Notes: generated by a model from the sequence alone, not told the origin. Positions 24,095 through 36,779 are shown, counted from the first letter of the stretch. The stretch: 58,198 nucleotides of DNA from Octopus bimaculoides (GCF_001194135.2 NC_069005.1:8180518-8238715), one strand, 5' to 3'. Translations and numbers: made by a program.

Positions 24095-24689
24095 GTCAGT
24101 GAGCTGGCAGAATCGTTAGCATACTGGGCAAATGCTTTGTGGTATTTTGTCTTTTGCCTCTATGTTCTGAGTTCAAATTCTTCTGAGTTCAACTATGTCT
24201 ATCATCCTTTTGGGGTTGATAAAATAAGAACCAGTGGAACACTGGAGTCAATGTAATTGACTAGTCCTCTCCCCACAAATTTCAGGCCTTGTGCCTATAA
24301 TAGAAATAATAATGATTATTATGATCATTAGTAGTAGTAATAGTAGTTGTAGCAGCAGCTGTACTAGTAGTATTATCGATAATTCTAATAATGATGGACT
24401 CTCCCATCGAAGGTGACAAATAAGCATTCAGCTTTTGCCGAATGACCTGCACAAATGATTTGTTTATAGTGGTCAAATGTGTGTGCTGTGCATTAGATCA
24501 CTCTCTCCATCAAATTGACGATGTCTGAATACATGCACTGTGTGCCACTCATCAGGTGTAGAAGTAACTGCTGTGCAATGTGAGATGAAGTATTTTGCTC
24601 AAGAACACAATGCACCACCTGGTCTAGGAATTGAAATCACAATCACTTGATAGTGAGTGCAACACCATAACCACTGGGCCATGTATCCT

Positions 24690-24727
<38 letters not shown>

Positions 24728-24728
<1 letters not shown>

Positions 24729-25273
24729 TGCAGTACCAGGCAGTGGCTCTCATGGCTTCTGATCTTAATTGATTGGAAGTGTTATCATGTACATTGTTTT
24801 GTCTTGGTATAAAAGATGGGCAACAGCAAATATTCTGCTTAATACCACAGATTTGCTTGTCAGTTGTTTGACCATAACCAGTTGAGCATGTCCCTTGGTG
24901 GCTGATGATATGTGCATCTCTGATCATGAGCAGAAGTAGTGGGGGAGCATCATAGCCATGTGTTGAGAGGAATTCTTGGGGTTTTGAATAATTCACCTTT
25001 GGAAACATGGGTGTTTTGCTCATCGTCCTGAAACAAACCTTATTCAGGGACCTTTTAAGTGGGATGGGCTACTTGACCTGAAGAAAATTCTAACTGGGCC
25101 CCACCTGCAAGGTCATGCGCTGTTTATCTTGATATGAGATCACCATGTCACGCACATATGGTTGTGATGTATATGCTTGGTGTACCCTTATCAGACGGGT
25201 AGTCATGATGGGTATCCTGGGCTTCGTATATTTTACCCCAGTGTCACTTTGATGGCATGCCCTGCTCTCTCAC
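24728..25273 (+). mobile_element. Interspersed element F (about 545 bp), unclassified, flanked by (AAT)n on both sides
   Basis: Related copies at 14060-14390 (-), about 35960-36140 (+) and a terminus at about 53530-53555 (-); no ORF or clear TIR. Confidence 0.7.
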
Positions 25274-25348
25274 ATAATAATAATAATTGCAATAATAATA
25301 ATGATGATGATGAGGAAAATAAAAACATTGTTCTTTTCTATTTCACAG

Positions 25349-25511
25349 AGTTGACTTGGTCCAATCCCAGATCAAAGTAGCTGAAGGCAAAAGTCTGTCA
25401 GAGATTGGCTTAACTCAAGACAATATCAAATTAAATGGTTGTTCCATCCAATGCCGAATGACTACTGAAGATCCTGCAAAAAGTTTCCAACCTGATACTG
25501 GCAGAATTGAG
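25349..25511 (+). CDS. PC: PC exon 7
   Basis: [51 protein letters not shown]. Confidence 0.97.
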
Positions 25512-26408
25512 GTAAGGCAATTCTTATTTCTGGCAGAATCGTTAGCATGCTGGACAAAATGCATAGTGGCATTTCTTCTGGATCTTTATGTTAAGAGTTC
25601 AAATTCTGCTGAGGCCGACTTTGCCTTTCGTCTTTTCGGGGTCAATAAATTAAGTACTAGTGAAACTTAGAGGTCCATGTAATCGACTTAATCCCCTCTC
25701 CCAAGCTGTCCTTGTGGCAAAAATTTGAAATCATCATCATCATCATTATTATTATTATTATCATAGGCAGCGAGCTGGCAGAATCGTTAGCATGGTGGGN
25801 NNNNNNNNNNNNNNNNNNNNNNNNNNNNNNNNNNNNNNNNNNNNNNNNNNNNNNNNNNNNNNNNNNNNNNNNNNNNNNNNNNNNNNNNNNNNNNNNNNNN
25901 NNNNNNNNNNNNNNNNNNNNNNNNNNNNNNNNNNNNNNNNNNNNNNNNNNNNNNNNNNNNNNNNNNNNNNNNNNNNNNNNNNNNNNNNNNNNNNNNNNNN
26001 NNNNNNNNNNNNNNNNNNNNNNNNNNNNNNNNNNNNNNNNNNNNNNNNNNNNNNNNNNNNNNNNNNNNNNNNNNNNNNNNNNNNNNNNNNNNNNNNNNNN
26101 NNNNNNNNNNNNNNNNNNNNNNNNNNNNNNNNNNNNNNNNNNNNNNNNNNNNNNNNNNNNNNNNNNNNNNNNNNNNNNNNNNNNNNNNNNNNNNNNNNNN
26201 NNNNNNNNNNNNNNNNNNNNNNNNNNNNNNNNNNNNNNNNNNNNNNNNNNNNNNNNNNNNNNNNNNNNNNNNNNNNNNNNNNNNNNNNNNNNNNNNNNNN
26301 NNNNNNNNNNNNNNNNNNNNNNNNNNNNNNNNNNNNNNNNNNNNNNNNNNNNNNNNNNNNNNNNNNNNNNNNNNNNNNNNNNNNNNNNNNNNNNNNNNNN
26401 NNNNNNNN

Positions 26409-26503
<95 letters not shown>

Positions 26504-26807
26504 GGCAACATAGCAAACTGGCAGAATCATTTACCTGTTGGACAAAATGCTTAGTGGCATTTTACTTCTGGCTCTTTATGTTTCTGAGTTCAAATGCTGC
26601 TGTGGTCAACTTTGCCTTTCATCCTGTCAGGGTTAAGAGCAATGATGATGATGATGAGAATGGTGACGATGAAAATGACAAAAAGAGTGGAGATGATGAA
26701 AAATGACGATGATTTTGATGACAATAACAATGATCCTCATTTTGTTCATGTTGTAATTAATCAATTCTTCTCAATCTTACGTATTATTATTGTTGTTGTT
26801 GTTGTAG

Positions 26808-26990
26808 GTGTTTCGGAGTGGTGAAGGTATGGGCATACGTCTTGATGGCGCTTCAGCTTTTGCTGGTGCCATTATCTCGCCTTATTACGATTCCCTCCTG
26901 GTGAAAGTGATCGCTTCAGCTCGTGACCATCCCTCTGCTTGTGCCAAGATGCTTCGAGCCCTCATGGAATTTCGAATTCGTGGAGTGAAG
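26808..26990 (+). CDS. PC: PC exon 8
   Basis: [56 protein letters not shown]. Confidence 0.97.
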
Positions 26991-27239
26991 GTAGGTAGAA
27001 GTCCCAGAAGCCAAAGTAGTGTTGATATTCTTAGTATTGTGCTGTTGCTGTTAGTGTTATTATTATTATTATTATTATTAAGGTGGCAAGCTGCAGAAAT
27101 ATTAGCATGCTGGGTGAAATGCTTAGCGGTATTTCATCTTCAACCTTTCGGGNNNNNNNNNNTTTTACATTTTCACTTACCCCATATGTGCTATGCCATA
27201 CTTAACATTTAATTTGATGTTCTTATTACTTTTTTGCAG

Positions 27240-27474
27240 ACCAACATTCCATTCCTGTTGAATGTGCTTCAGAATGAGCGTTTTCTGTCTGGCATTGTCG
27301 ACACAAACTTCATTGATGAACACTCTGAGCTGTTTCAGTTTGAACCATCACAGAACCGAGCCCAGAAACTACTCCACTACCTTGGCCAAGTTATGGTCAA
27401 TGGACCACAAACACCACTTGCTACCAAACTCCAGCCTTCAGACACTGAGCCTACAGTTCCTGAAGTACCTGTTG
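27240..27474 (+). CDS. PC: PC exon 9 (end of BC, allosteric/tetramerisation region)
   Basis: [47 protein letters not shown]. Confidence 0.97.
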
Positions 27475-29255
27475 GTGAGTAAAGAACAGTATAATTCATG
27501 ATTACTGTCAAACCATGGGTGGGTAAACTCTTACCTGTTGACAATAAATTTTTTCCCCATATTTAAATTTGAAAATTTCCACTGATGAAATCTCTTGAAA
27601 TCCATGTATTAGACACTCTGAAAAATATCTTTTTACTCAGAGTTATTCCACACAAAGCTGCTTGACTAATTGCCATAAAATACTCACAGGCCTTTTCCAA
27701 TCTCTGTCCCACCAGTATTCAGTCTCCTTTGTCTATCTTTTTCTGTCATTACTATAAAGGCCTCTTTTTCTCAGAGCTAGTTGGTTTGTACCACCTCCAC
27801 ATGATATTTGTGACTTGTTCGTCTCTCTTTCTTTCGCCCCTTATGTTGTGCCTAAATTCCAAGGTCCTGCAGTGACCTCTATGTTCAGTCCTCCTCTTGC
27901 ATTCTGGCCCTCTGTATCTCACTCTCCACTCATGATTTTCCTCCAGATGTCAGTTTACAACACTTTAAATGAACATTAATGATATCGATCTCACCAATCT
28001 TAGAAGGCTTGTGAAGGCCTGGATCACTGGCCCCCTCCTTTAGGTCTTCTAAATAAAAATATAAAAAAAGGTTCTGAAGCAAACTCGTCAACTTGCCAAT
28101 GCAGTCAAACACCATTTCCCTTGCACTATTGTTTCTAGCCTTGTACATGTATGTTTTAAAGGCTACAATGACTATTGCTATTACATTTCATTTGCCTGAC
28201 GTAAAGTCACTCACAGGCATGTTCCAATCTCTGATCCACTTGCTTGTTCCAGCCTATGGCTCATAGGCATGCTTTCTCTTTTGTCTACCTTTACTATCAT
28301 TACTATAAATGCCTCTTTTTTTTTCTGAGAGCTGGCTGATGCAGTCCACTGCCATCTCCTTTGGTCCTGTTTTTTAACTGTGTACACGTGTATTTTTAAT
28401 GGACTGGCCATGCTGAAATTGTATTAGACTCAAACATGTGATCTCAGATCAATTTAATTAGTAAGTATGAATTGGCATGGGTGTGTGGTTAAGATGTTTA
28501 CTTCTCAAACATAGTTTCAGGTTCAGTCCTACTGCATGGCATCTCAGGCAAGTGTCTATAGACTCAGGTTCACCAAAGCTTTGTGAGTGGATTTACCAGA
28601 TGGAAACTTAAAGAAGTCTGTTGTGTGTGTGTGTTTGAGTGCATGTATGAATGTGTGTGTGTGTGTGTGTGTGTGTGTTTCCTTGTCTTGATAGTTGTAA
28701 ATAAGTGTTGCTGTCACACAAGTAGTGTCATTCATTTTTAATACCCTGTGAGAACATGTCTGGCCATGGAAAAACATTACCATGCAGGGAAATAGGTGAG
28801 GGTTGGCAACAGGAAGAGCATTCAGCCATAGAAAATCTTCCCCACTGAAACCCTGCTCTTCCCATGTAATTATGGAAAACTGGACATCATAGTGATGATA
28901 CTAAAGTGACGATGATAAACAAACCAAAAATATTTTTGGGTTTATTTTTTTCAAACACAAGCCATCCAAATGGTTGGCAAGGAATATGTTTGTGTTTCTC
29001 CTTGTCTTGACATTGCATGATAGCTGTAAATGAGAGTCACTGTCATACAAGCAGTGTCATTCATTTCCAATACCCAGTGAGAACATGCCTAGTCATGGAG
29101 AAACTTTACCTTGCTCGGAAACAGGTGAGGGTTTTGCAATAGGAACGGCATCCAGCCACAGAAAATCTTCCTCACTAAAGCCCTGCTCCACCCATGATAC
29201 CAAAGTGATGATAAACAAATCAGAAATATTACTCTTTCCTTTAAATTTTTTTCAG

Positions 29256-29480
29256 ACAAAAGCCGTCCAAATGGTTGGCGAACAGTTCTGCTTCAAGAAG
29301 GGCCAGAGGGTTTCGCCAAGAAGGTCCGCCAAAACAAAGGCCTGCTACTGATGGATACCACATTCCGAGATGCTCATCAATCTTTACTTGCCACTCGGGT
29401 ACGCACCAGGGACCTCTTAAACATCTCACCGTTTGTGGCACACAATTTTAACCAATTCTACAGTTTAGAGAACTGGGGAG
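29256..29480 (+). CDS. PC: PC exon 10 (start of carboxyltransferase domain)
   Basis: TTTTCAG/ (D)[59 protein letters not shown]; absent from the ORF track in this frame. Confidence 0.96.
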
Positions 29481-29989
29481 GTACGAGGTTTTAGTTATTG
29501 GATTTTTTCTTTCTTTTTTCCTAAATTTCTTTCTGTGTGTATGTGTGTCTATGAGCGTGTGTACATATATATATACACGTACACACTCAGATGCATATAT
29601 GCACGCACATCACACACGTATATATATATATATCTATGTATATACAGGTTTGGCCAAAAGTCACCTGACAGTAAATCAAAACAATTTGATTCCGAGATTT
29701 ATTTATGTTTAATAACTGAATGAACTTAATAAAAGCATTTAAATATGAAGCATCAAGAAAATTGTTCAAACTGAAGTCCTTCTTGAGTGACACATTTTAC
29801 TATCCAAATCAATACAGAATTACAGACAATATTTATGGAATTTTGACTTACTGTTGGGTGACTTTTGGCCAACCTTGTATATATGTATACACACACATAC
29901 ATAGAGAAGCATACATCACTGAAAAGAAATAAAAAAATAAATTAGTGTGCACATTTTAAAAATTTCCCTCGTTCTTGATTTTTCCCTCC

Positions 29990-30237
29990 CCCCCTCTCTA
30001 TCCCTATCTATATATTTATATATATCTATCTATATACCTTCATACCTGTCTATCTGTTTGTTTGTCCATCTATCTATATCTATCTATCTGTCCATATGTC
30101 TGTCTGTCTGTCTATGTATGTCTGTCTATCTAATCTATCTATCTGTCTAATCTACCTACCTATCTATCTATTTGTCTGTCTGTCTGTCTGTCTATCAAAT
30201 CTATCTACCTACCTACTGACCTATCTATGTCTGTCTG

Positions 30238-30286
<49 letters not shown>

Positions 30287-30460
30287 ATGTGTGTCTGTTT
30301 GTCCTTTTATCTACATTGTCTGTTCATCTATATACATGTCTGTTTCTCTGTCTGTCTATCTGTCTGTCTCTGTCTATATCTAACTGTCTCTCTGCCTGTC
30401 TATCTATCCATTTATCTGTCTGTCTATTTATCTATCTATCTGTTTATTTATTTATCTAAA
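29990..30460. repeat. Compound (TCTA)n/(TCTG)n microsatellite
   Basis: About 470 bp of alternating TCTA and TCTG tetramers, ending about 20 bp before the exon 11 acceptor. Confidence 0.95.
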
Positions 30461-30481
30461 TCTCATTCGTCTCCGATGCAG

Positions 30482-30638
30482 GTGCCACATTCGACGTTGC
30501 TCTTCGTTTCCTTCATGAATGTCCCTGGCAACGTCTCCAAGAAATGAGGAAACTGATACCAAACATACCATTCCAGATGCTCTTACGTGGTGCCAATGCT
30601 GTCGGCTATACCAACTATCCTGACAATGTGGTCTACAA
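30482..30638 (+). CDS. PC: PC exon 11
   Basis: [65 protein letters not shown]. Confidence 0.98.
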
Positions 30639-31359
30639 GTAAGTAGTTAACTTTGTTACCTTGAAGGTTTCCAGTTCAAACTCAAGTGGTGGTGGTGGTG
30701 GTGGTGGTGGTAGCAAGAGAAGTATCAGTGATAGCAGCTGTAGTAGTTGAAGTAGCAGGAGCCATGGTAGTAGTAGTGGTAGTTGTGGTAATAGTAGTGG
30801 TGGTGGTTGCAGGAGTAGTGTCAGTGTAGTAGCTTTAGTACTTGTGGCTTGTCAATAAATAACTACTATAGGGCCCAGTGAATTGACCTGCCTTATATGT
30901 CTTGGGACCCAATTCTGATATATGAATGCTGTGGCTTGCTATCAATAAATATGCACTGTAGTGCCCAGTGCATTGATTTACCTAGGGGCTTCACAGGTCT
31001 AGGGGACCGATTCTGATCTTTGAATGATGTGGCTTGCTGTCGATAAATATATATATATATATATTAAAGGGCCCAGTGCATTGATTTTCTCTTGGTCCTC
31101 ATGTAACTGGCGCCCTTGCCATTGGCACAGAAAAGCACTCATTACATTCTTGGAGTGGAAGGTGTAAGTTAAGGGCATCCAAGCATAGAAACCATGCCAA
31201 ATCAGACTGGAACTTGACGCAGCTCTCCAGCTTACCAGTTCCAGTCAAACCATCTAACCCATACCAGCATGGAAAGCAGACTCTAAATGATTATGATGAT
31301 TATGATGATGTTGTAACTCCTTATTAAATAGTATTTGTCTTAATTCTTTTACCTTACAG

Positions 31360-31466
31360 ATTCTGTGAACTGGCTGTTTCCCATGGAATGGATGTCTTCC
31401 GAGTGTTTGATTCTTTGAACTATGTTCCAAACTTGGTGGTTGGAATAGATGCTGTTGGCAAAGCAG
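31360..31466 (+). CDS. PC: PC exon 12
   Basis: [49 protein letters not shown]. Confidence 0.97.
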
Positions 31467-32121
31467 GTAAATCTTGCCCTTTTTATTTCAAGGATCTTTA
31501 TGTTGGTTTACCCTCTATTTCTTACTCTCTCTCCTCATCTGTTCGAAATATTAACTAAATTTCCCTCAAATCAAATACCACCCTACAGTGATATATTTTT
31601 AGCTCACGAGCTAATAACGACACCAATGCCTGCTCTGGCACTGCTCTTCTATATTTTACCAGCAGGGAGATGAGTCTTTGCTAAGCTCTAGCAGTCGGGC
31701 ATCCATCATTGATAAGACTAAGGAAGGTTGAAATCAGGTGATTTTGTGATCTTGGTGCTGGAGATGGCAGGGATTTATCTCTCAGCTATCAATATAAACA
31801 AGAGTGCATTTTGCACCAAAAGCCAATATGAGAGTTTCTCTCATGGTACCTACGTTTAAGTGGTGATAAATATTACCATTTCTTCTGTCTCTTTATATTA
31901 TGAGTTCAAATTCTGTCGTCAGGTTCATTTTTAGTGTTCTCATTTGTGAGAGCAGTCGAGTTTATTTCAGATATTCTCATTTAAAAAAAATCCTCTCTGG
32001 CTAATTGTTGAGAGGACGTTGGTGTTGCTTTGGCGGAGGTTTGCGCTCTCTGAGTGCTCTTGTTATATTCTCTATTGGGCATATTAATTCACATGTTTTA
32101 TGTGTCTGTATTCACTTTAAG

Positions 32122-32255
32122 GTGGAGTTATTGAAGCTGCTATTTCTTACACTGGAGATGTGGCTGATCCAACCAAGACTAAATATGATATGAATTATTA
32201 TATGAACCTTTCTGAAGAACTTATCAAGGCAGGAACTCATATCCTATGTATAAAG
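32122..32255 (+). CDS. PC: PC exon 13 (ends on the metal-ligand lysine of KDMAG)
   Basis: [45 protein letters not shown]; AAG-type acceptor. Confidence 0.96.
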
Positions 32256-32667
32256 GTAAGACTTTACTTTCCTTACATTTTTGGACAAAATTTTCTTTAT
32301 TTTCATCGTTTTTAGCCATTTTGCCGAAAGGTGGACAAGTGGCAAGAATGGTACAAGTGAACAAGCCTGCCCTAAGCATACCACCTGTAATCAGAGAAGA
32401 GGAAATGAGAAAAGGCACCTGCCCCAAAGATCAGGGCACCCACACTTTTATGGGGTTTTCCATGAGCAGCCCTCAAACGTCTCCTCCCTATTGAGGACTA
32501 TGCATTAAATTTTTTTCTTTTTTAGGTTAAACCTGTTTAGACATGAAACCTTCACAACAACACACACTCACACACATTCTTCATTTTGTCCTGTGCCATC
32601 CATACTGTTTTTTATTTTCTTTATGTAAATCTTTTGTGGTCAATAAAGAAATCATTATTATTTTTCT

Positions 32668-33180
32668 TAAGGCGGCAAGCTAGCAGAATCGTTAGCATGC
32701 TAGGCGAAATGTTTAGCAGTATTTTGTCTGCTGTTTCATTCTGAGTTTAAATTAAGTACCAGTTGCGTACTGGAGTCGATATAATCGACTGGCCCCCTCC
32801 CCAGAAAATTCAGGCCTTGTGCCTATAATGGAAAGGCGGCGAGCTGGCAGAAACGTTAGCATGCCAAGCGAAATTCTTGGGGGTATTTCGTCTGCCGTTA
32901 CGTTCTGAGTTCAAATTCTGCCGAGGTCGACTTTGCCTTTCATCCTTTCGGGGTTGATAAATTAAGTACCAGTTACACACTGGGGATTGATGTAATCGAC
33001 TTAATCCCTTTGTCTGTCCTTGTTTGTCCCCTCTATGTTTAGCCCCTTGTGGGTAATAAAGAAATAAAAAAAAGATTATTATTATTATTATTAATAGTAG
33101 TAGTAGTAGTATTGCTAAAGTGACAAGCTGGCAGAATTGTTTGCATGCCAGACAAAATGCCTAGTGCTATTTCATCTGTC
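32668..33180 (+). mobile_element. Chain of SINE family B copies in PC intron 13
   Basis: Best-preserved copy at about 32835-33070, with A-box-like TGGCAGAAACG, B-box GTTCAAATTC and Deu/Nin-like core. Confidence 0.8.
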
Positions 33181-33284
33181 TTTACGTTCTGAGTTCAAAC
33201 CACACACTCTCTCTCTCACACACACAAACACACTGTCCCTGTCTGTCAGTCTCCCTCTGTCTCCCCCTCTTACGCGCACACACA

Positions 33285-33318
<34 letters not shown>

Positions 33319-33422
33319 CTCTCTCTCATCCCCCCCCCACCACACACATCTGCACACATGCGCCACCAGACTTTATCATGTCCCCAATTCAGTTTCTTAC
33401 TTAATTTTTTTTTTTTTTCCAG

Positions 33423-33672
33423 GACATGGCTGGACTTCTTCGTCCGAAAGCCGCCAAAATGCTCATCGGTAATTTGAGGGACAAGTATCCAGACATGCCG
33501 ATCCACGTTCACACACACGACACGTCGGGCGCCGGAGTAGCTGCAATGCTTGCCTGTGCCGAGGCTGGAGCCGATGTTGTCGATGTTGCTGTGGATTCCA
33601 TGTCCGGAATGACGTCACAGCCAAGTATGGGCGCAGTAGTTGCCTCCCTTGAAGGAACAGACCGTGACACAG
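33423..33672 (+). CDS. PC: PC exon 14 (HxH metal ligands)
   Basis: [60 protein letters not shown]. Confidence 0.98.
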
Positions 33673-34106
33673 GTGAGAACATTCAACGTTGGGTTATGTT
33701 GTGTAGTTTTGTATTCGTTCTTCATCTCGCAGACACTCGTGTATCCATTAATGTGCGTTTGCATACTACACAAACAGAGACACCAACATACACACACACA
33801 GAGCCATACCTACACAAGTGTGAATCCCTACCCCATCCGACGTGGTTTCTTAACTTTCAGAAAAATACGTATTTTCTAATGAAATTTTCTACAAATATCT
33901 TTCAGATGGTGTAGATTCTGATTACATTGGAAATTGTTTTCAGACAATTCAAATAAAATTTGTTTCCTCATAACATTCAGGAAAATACGTTTTTTTCTAA
34001 TTAAATTTTCTGCTAATACCTTTCAAATAATACCTTCTGTTATAGCTTCAGGCTGACCGAAGCCTTGTGAGTGGGTTTAGAAGTAAAAAACTGAAAGAAG
34101 CCTGTC

Positions 34107-34150
<44 letters not shown>

Positions 34151-34382
34151 CTCTCTTTGTGTCTGTATTTGTTCCCCACTATCGCTTGACAATCAATGGT
34201 GGTGTGTTTACATCCCTGTAACTTGGTGGTTCAGCAAAAGAGACTGATATAATAAGTACCAAGCTTTGGAAAAAATACTAGGGTTGATAAATTTAACTTA
34301 AAATTCTCCTAGGTGTTGCCCCAGTATGGCCGCAGTCTAATGACTGAAGCAAGTATGAGACAAAGGAAAAGATAAAAGATTA

Positions 34383-34596
34383 TGAAGGGTTGCTGAAAAG
34401 TTCCTGGCTTTAAGGGTGTCGCAAAAGGCTTGGTTGGAGGCCCAACCTTCTGAGTTTTTTTACAGGGCTTAGAAAAACCGAAGGACCACTGCAATAAATT
34501 TGTGAATCTGAGAGGGGGAGTATGTTGAATAAAATCATAATTAACAGACCCTCTTGTATTTTCTTTTACCCAAAGCCAAGAACTTTTCAGCACTCA
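34383..34596 (+). mobile_element. Fourth mariner-derived MITE copy, followed by an isolated TIR start at about 34628-34648
   Basis: Same TIRs and interior as 15627-15838. Confidence 0.85.
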
Positions 34597-34804
34597 TATG
34601 TATATTTGTATGTGTATGTATGTATGTACAAAGAAGTGCTGAAAAGTTTTTTTTCACTACTTGACAACTGGTGTTGGTTTATTTATGTCCCCATAACTTA
34701 GTAGTTTGGCAAAAGAAACCAACAGGATAAATAGGTCCTGGGGTCAATTCATTCTACTAAAAGGTGGTACTTCAGCATAGGTGCAGTCTAATGACTGAAA
34801 CAAG

Positions 34805-34851
<47 letters not shown>

Positions 34852-34877
34852 ATATATATGTGTGTGTGTGTGCGTGC

Positions 34878-34912
<35 letters not shown>

Positions 34913-34917
34913 CATGC

Positions 34918-34961
<44 letters not shown>

Positions 34962-34966
34962 GTGTT

Positions 34967-34998
<32 letters not shown>

Positions 34999-35085
34999 CG
35001 CACATACACATACACACGCATTCACATTAAAATAACCTTAAATGTAAATTTCATATTGACTGTGTCAACTTTTAATTATTGCCAG

Positions 35086-35214
35086 ATATTGATCTTAACA
35101 AGGTTTCCACATACTCTGCCTACTGGGAGCAAGCCCGTAACCTGTATGGACCATTTGAATGTTGCGTCACAATGAAAAGTGGCAATGCTGACATTTACAA
35201 AAATGAGATTCCAG
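35086..35214 (+). CDS. PC: PC exon 15
   Basis: TGCCAG/ (D)[49 protein letters not shown]. Confidence 0.96.
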
Positions 35215-35510
35215 GTAAGTTCTAAATATTTTAATCATAACGAATGAAGAATAAGAAATGTAAAGACAGAATCTCCACACAAGAAAGAATCAACAAGGAG
35301 AATCTTTTCATAGAGAAATTCCAACCATTTCTTAACACACATACCCCTCTGTGACCTTATTTCTCTAGGAACAGACATAAACTTCCTGTTGAAAAGGGAA
35401 TTTCTTGACTCAAAACCTCTGGGGACTTTGTTTGGGACCAGTTTCAACTCCATTGAGAACTTATACACATCTCAAAGAAACACACACACACACACATGCA
35501 CACGCTCACG

Positions 35511-35740
35511 GAATACTGGTGGAACATTCTCATCAAAACTTCTGTTAAGTGTAAACATAACAAGCCAAATTGTGTTATTTGGGACAAACAGAAAGAAGTG
35601 TGTATTATCATGGAGGTCAAGCTGCCTTGCTGATGTGAATATCTCTTTGAAGTTCAAAGAGAAAGAGGATAGCTGTAGAGAACTGCTTCAGAACCTTCAG
35701 TGTCTATATCCAGATTATAATTAACATTTATACCAATAAT
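35511..35740 (+). mobile_element. Decayed RLE-type LINE fragment (R4/Dong-related) in PC intron 15
   Basis: EYWWNILIKTSVKCKHNKPNCVIWDKQKEVCIIMEV[frameshift]SCLADVNISLKFKEKED..LLQNLQCLYPDYN..FIPII; same layout as the RLE at 46 kb but clearly different sequence. Confidence 0.6.
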
Positions 35741-35769
35741 AACACATTGTAACAAAATTTTAATTTTCT

Positions 35770-35804
<35 letters not shown>

Positions 35805-36663
35805 TCTTTGGTCAGTAAGAGTTATTTTCTATTTGCTTCTATCTAGAAATCAAAGGAAGTGACTACTATCCCCTTCAAGCTTTGCTTTTGTGACCTGGAC
35901 ATCAAAGTTTTGAAACTGACCTATTTTCCATTACATTTCAGACAGATTCAGTGCTGAGTTGTTGAAGCAGAAATATCATTATAGCAAATATTCTGATCAA
36001 TAGCACAGATTTGCTTGTTAATGCTTGACCTTAAGCATTTCAGCATGTCCCTTAGTGGCTGACAATATGTGCATCTCTGATCATGAGTAGTAGTAGTGGG
36101 AGAGCATCATAGCCATGTGTTGAGAGGGACTCTTTGGTGTTTGAGTAAATGTAAGAAAAGTAAAGTTTGAAGGAAATATTCGCCATTTTCCTTACTTTCT
36201 AGGAGTAAACAAATTGGAAATAACAATTGCTACCGAAGGACAAAAATCATGTTACACAGTGTAATTGTTGCATTTAGTTTTGTGAGTAAATGCCTAAGTG
36301 ACAATCTGGATAAGTTAGGGCTTACAGAAGAAAGAAGTCGACCAACTAATTCACACATTATAAATACAGTCTACATTCCAACAACACCGCTTTGTACCAT
36401 TGTTTGAAATGAGCCCCTTCTTCAGAGGAAGAATTTGAATAATTAAATATGGAAGAGAAGACACACACACATGCACAGACTCACACACACACATACAGAT
36501 GCACACATGTATGTACATATACACACACATGCATGTACGCGTGCATACACACACACATGATGCATATCTACATTTGATGCACCAGTTCCTTAAGACCTTT
36601 ACAACCCTTTCAGTCTATCATTGTGTATCCTTTTCTCTATTATTTCTGTATCTGTGTTTGCAG

Positions 36664-36779
36664 GGGGCCAATATACCAATTTACAATTCCAAGCTTTCAG
36701 CCTTGGTCTGGCTGACCAATTTGAAGAAGTCAAAAAGAAATATGTGGAAGCTAACAAGTTGCTGGGAGACTTGCCCAAG
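36664..36779 (+). CDS. PC: PC exon 16
   Basis: [51 protein letters not shown]. Confidence 0.97.

Noticed and set aside
27680-28340. Two related patches (about 27680-27780 and 28208-28340) as a coding or LINE endonuclease fragment
   Set aside because: Similarity between the patches is visible, but no reading frame gave a motif I could defend; left unclassified.
32246-32494. ORF continuing from exon 13 into intron 13 as an alternative exon
   Set aside because: No PC-like or other recognisable motif, and the canonical donor at 32256 is strong and required for KDMAG.
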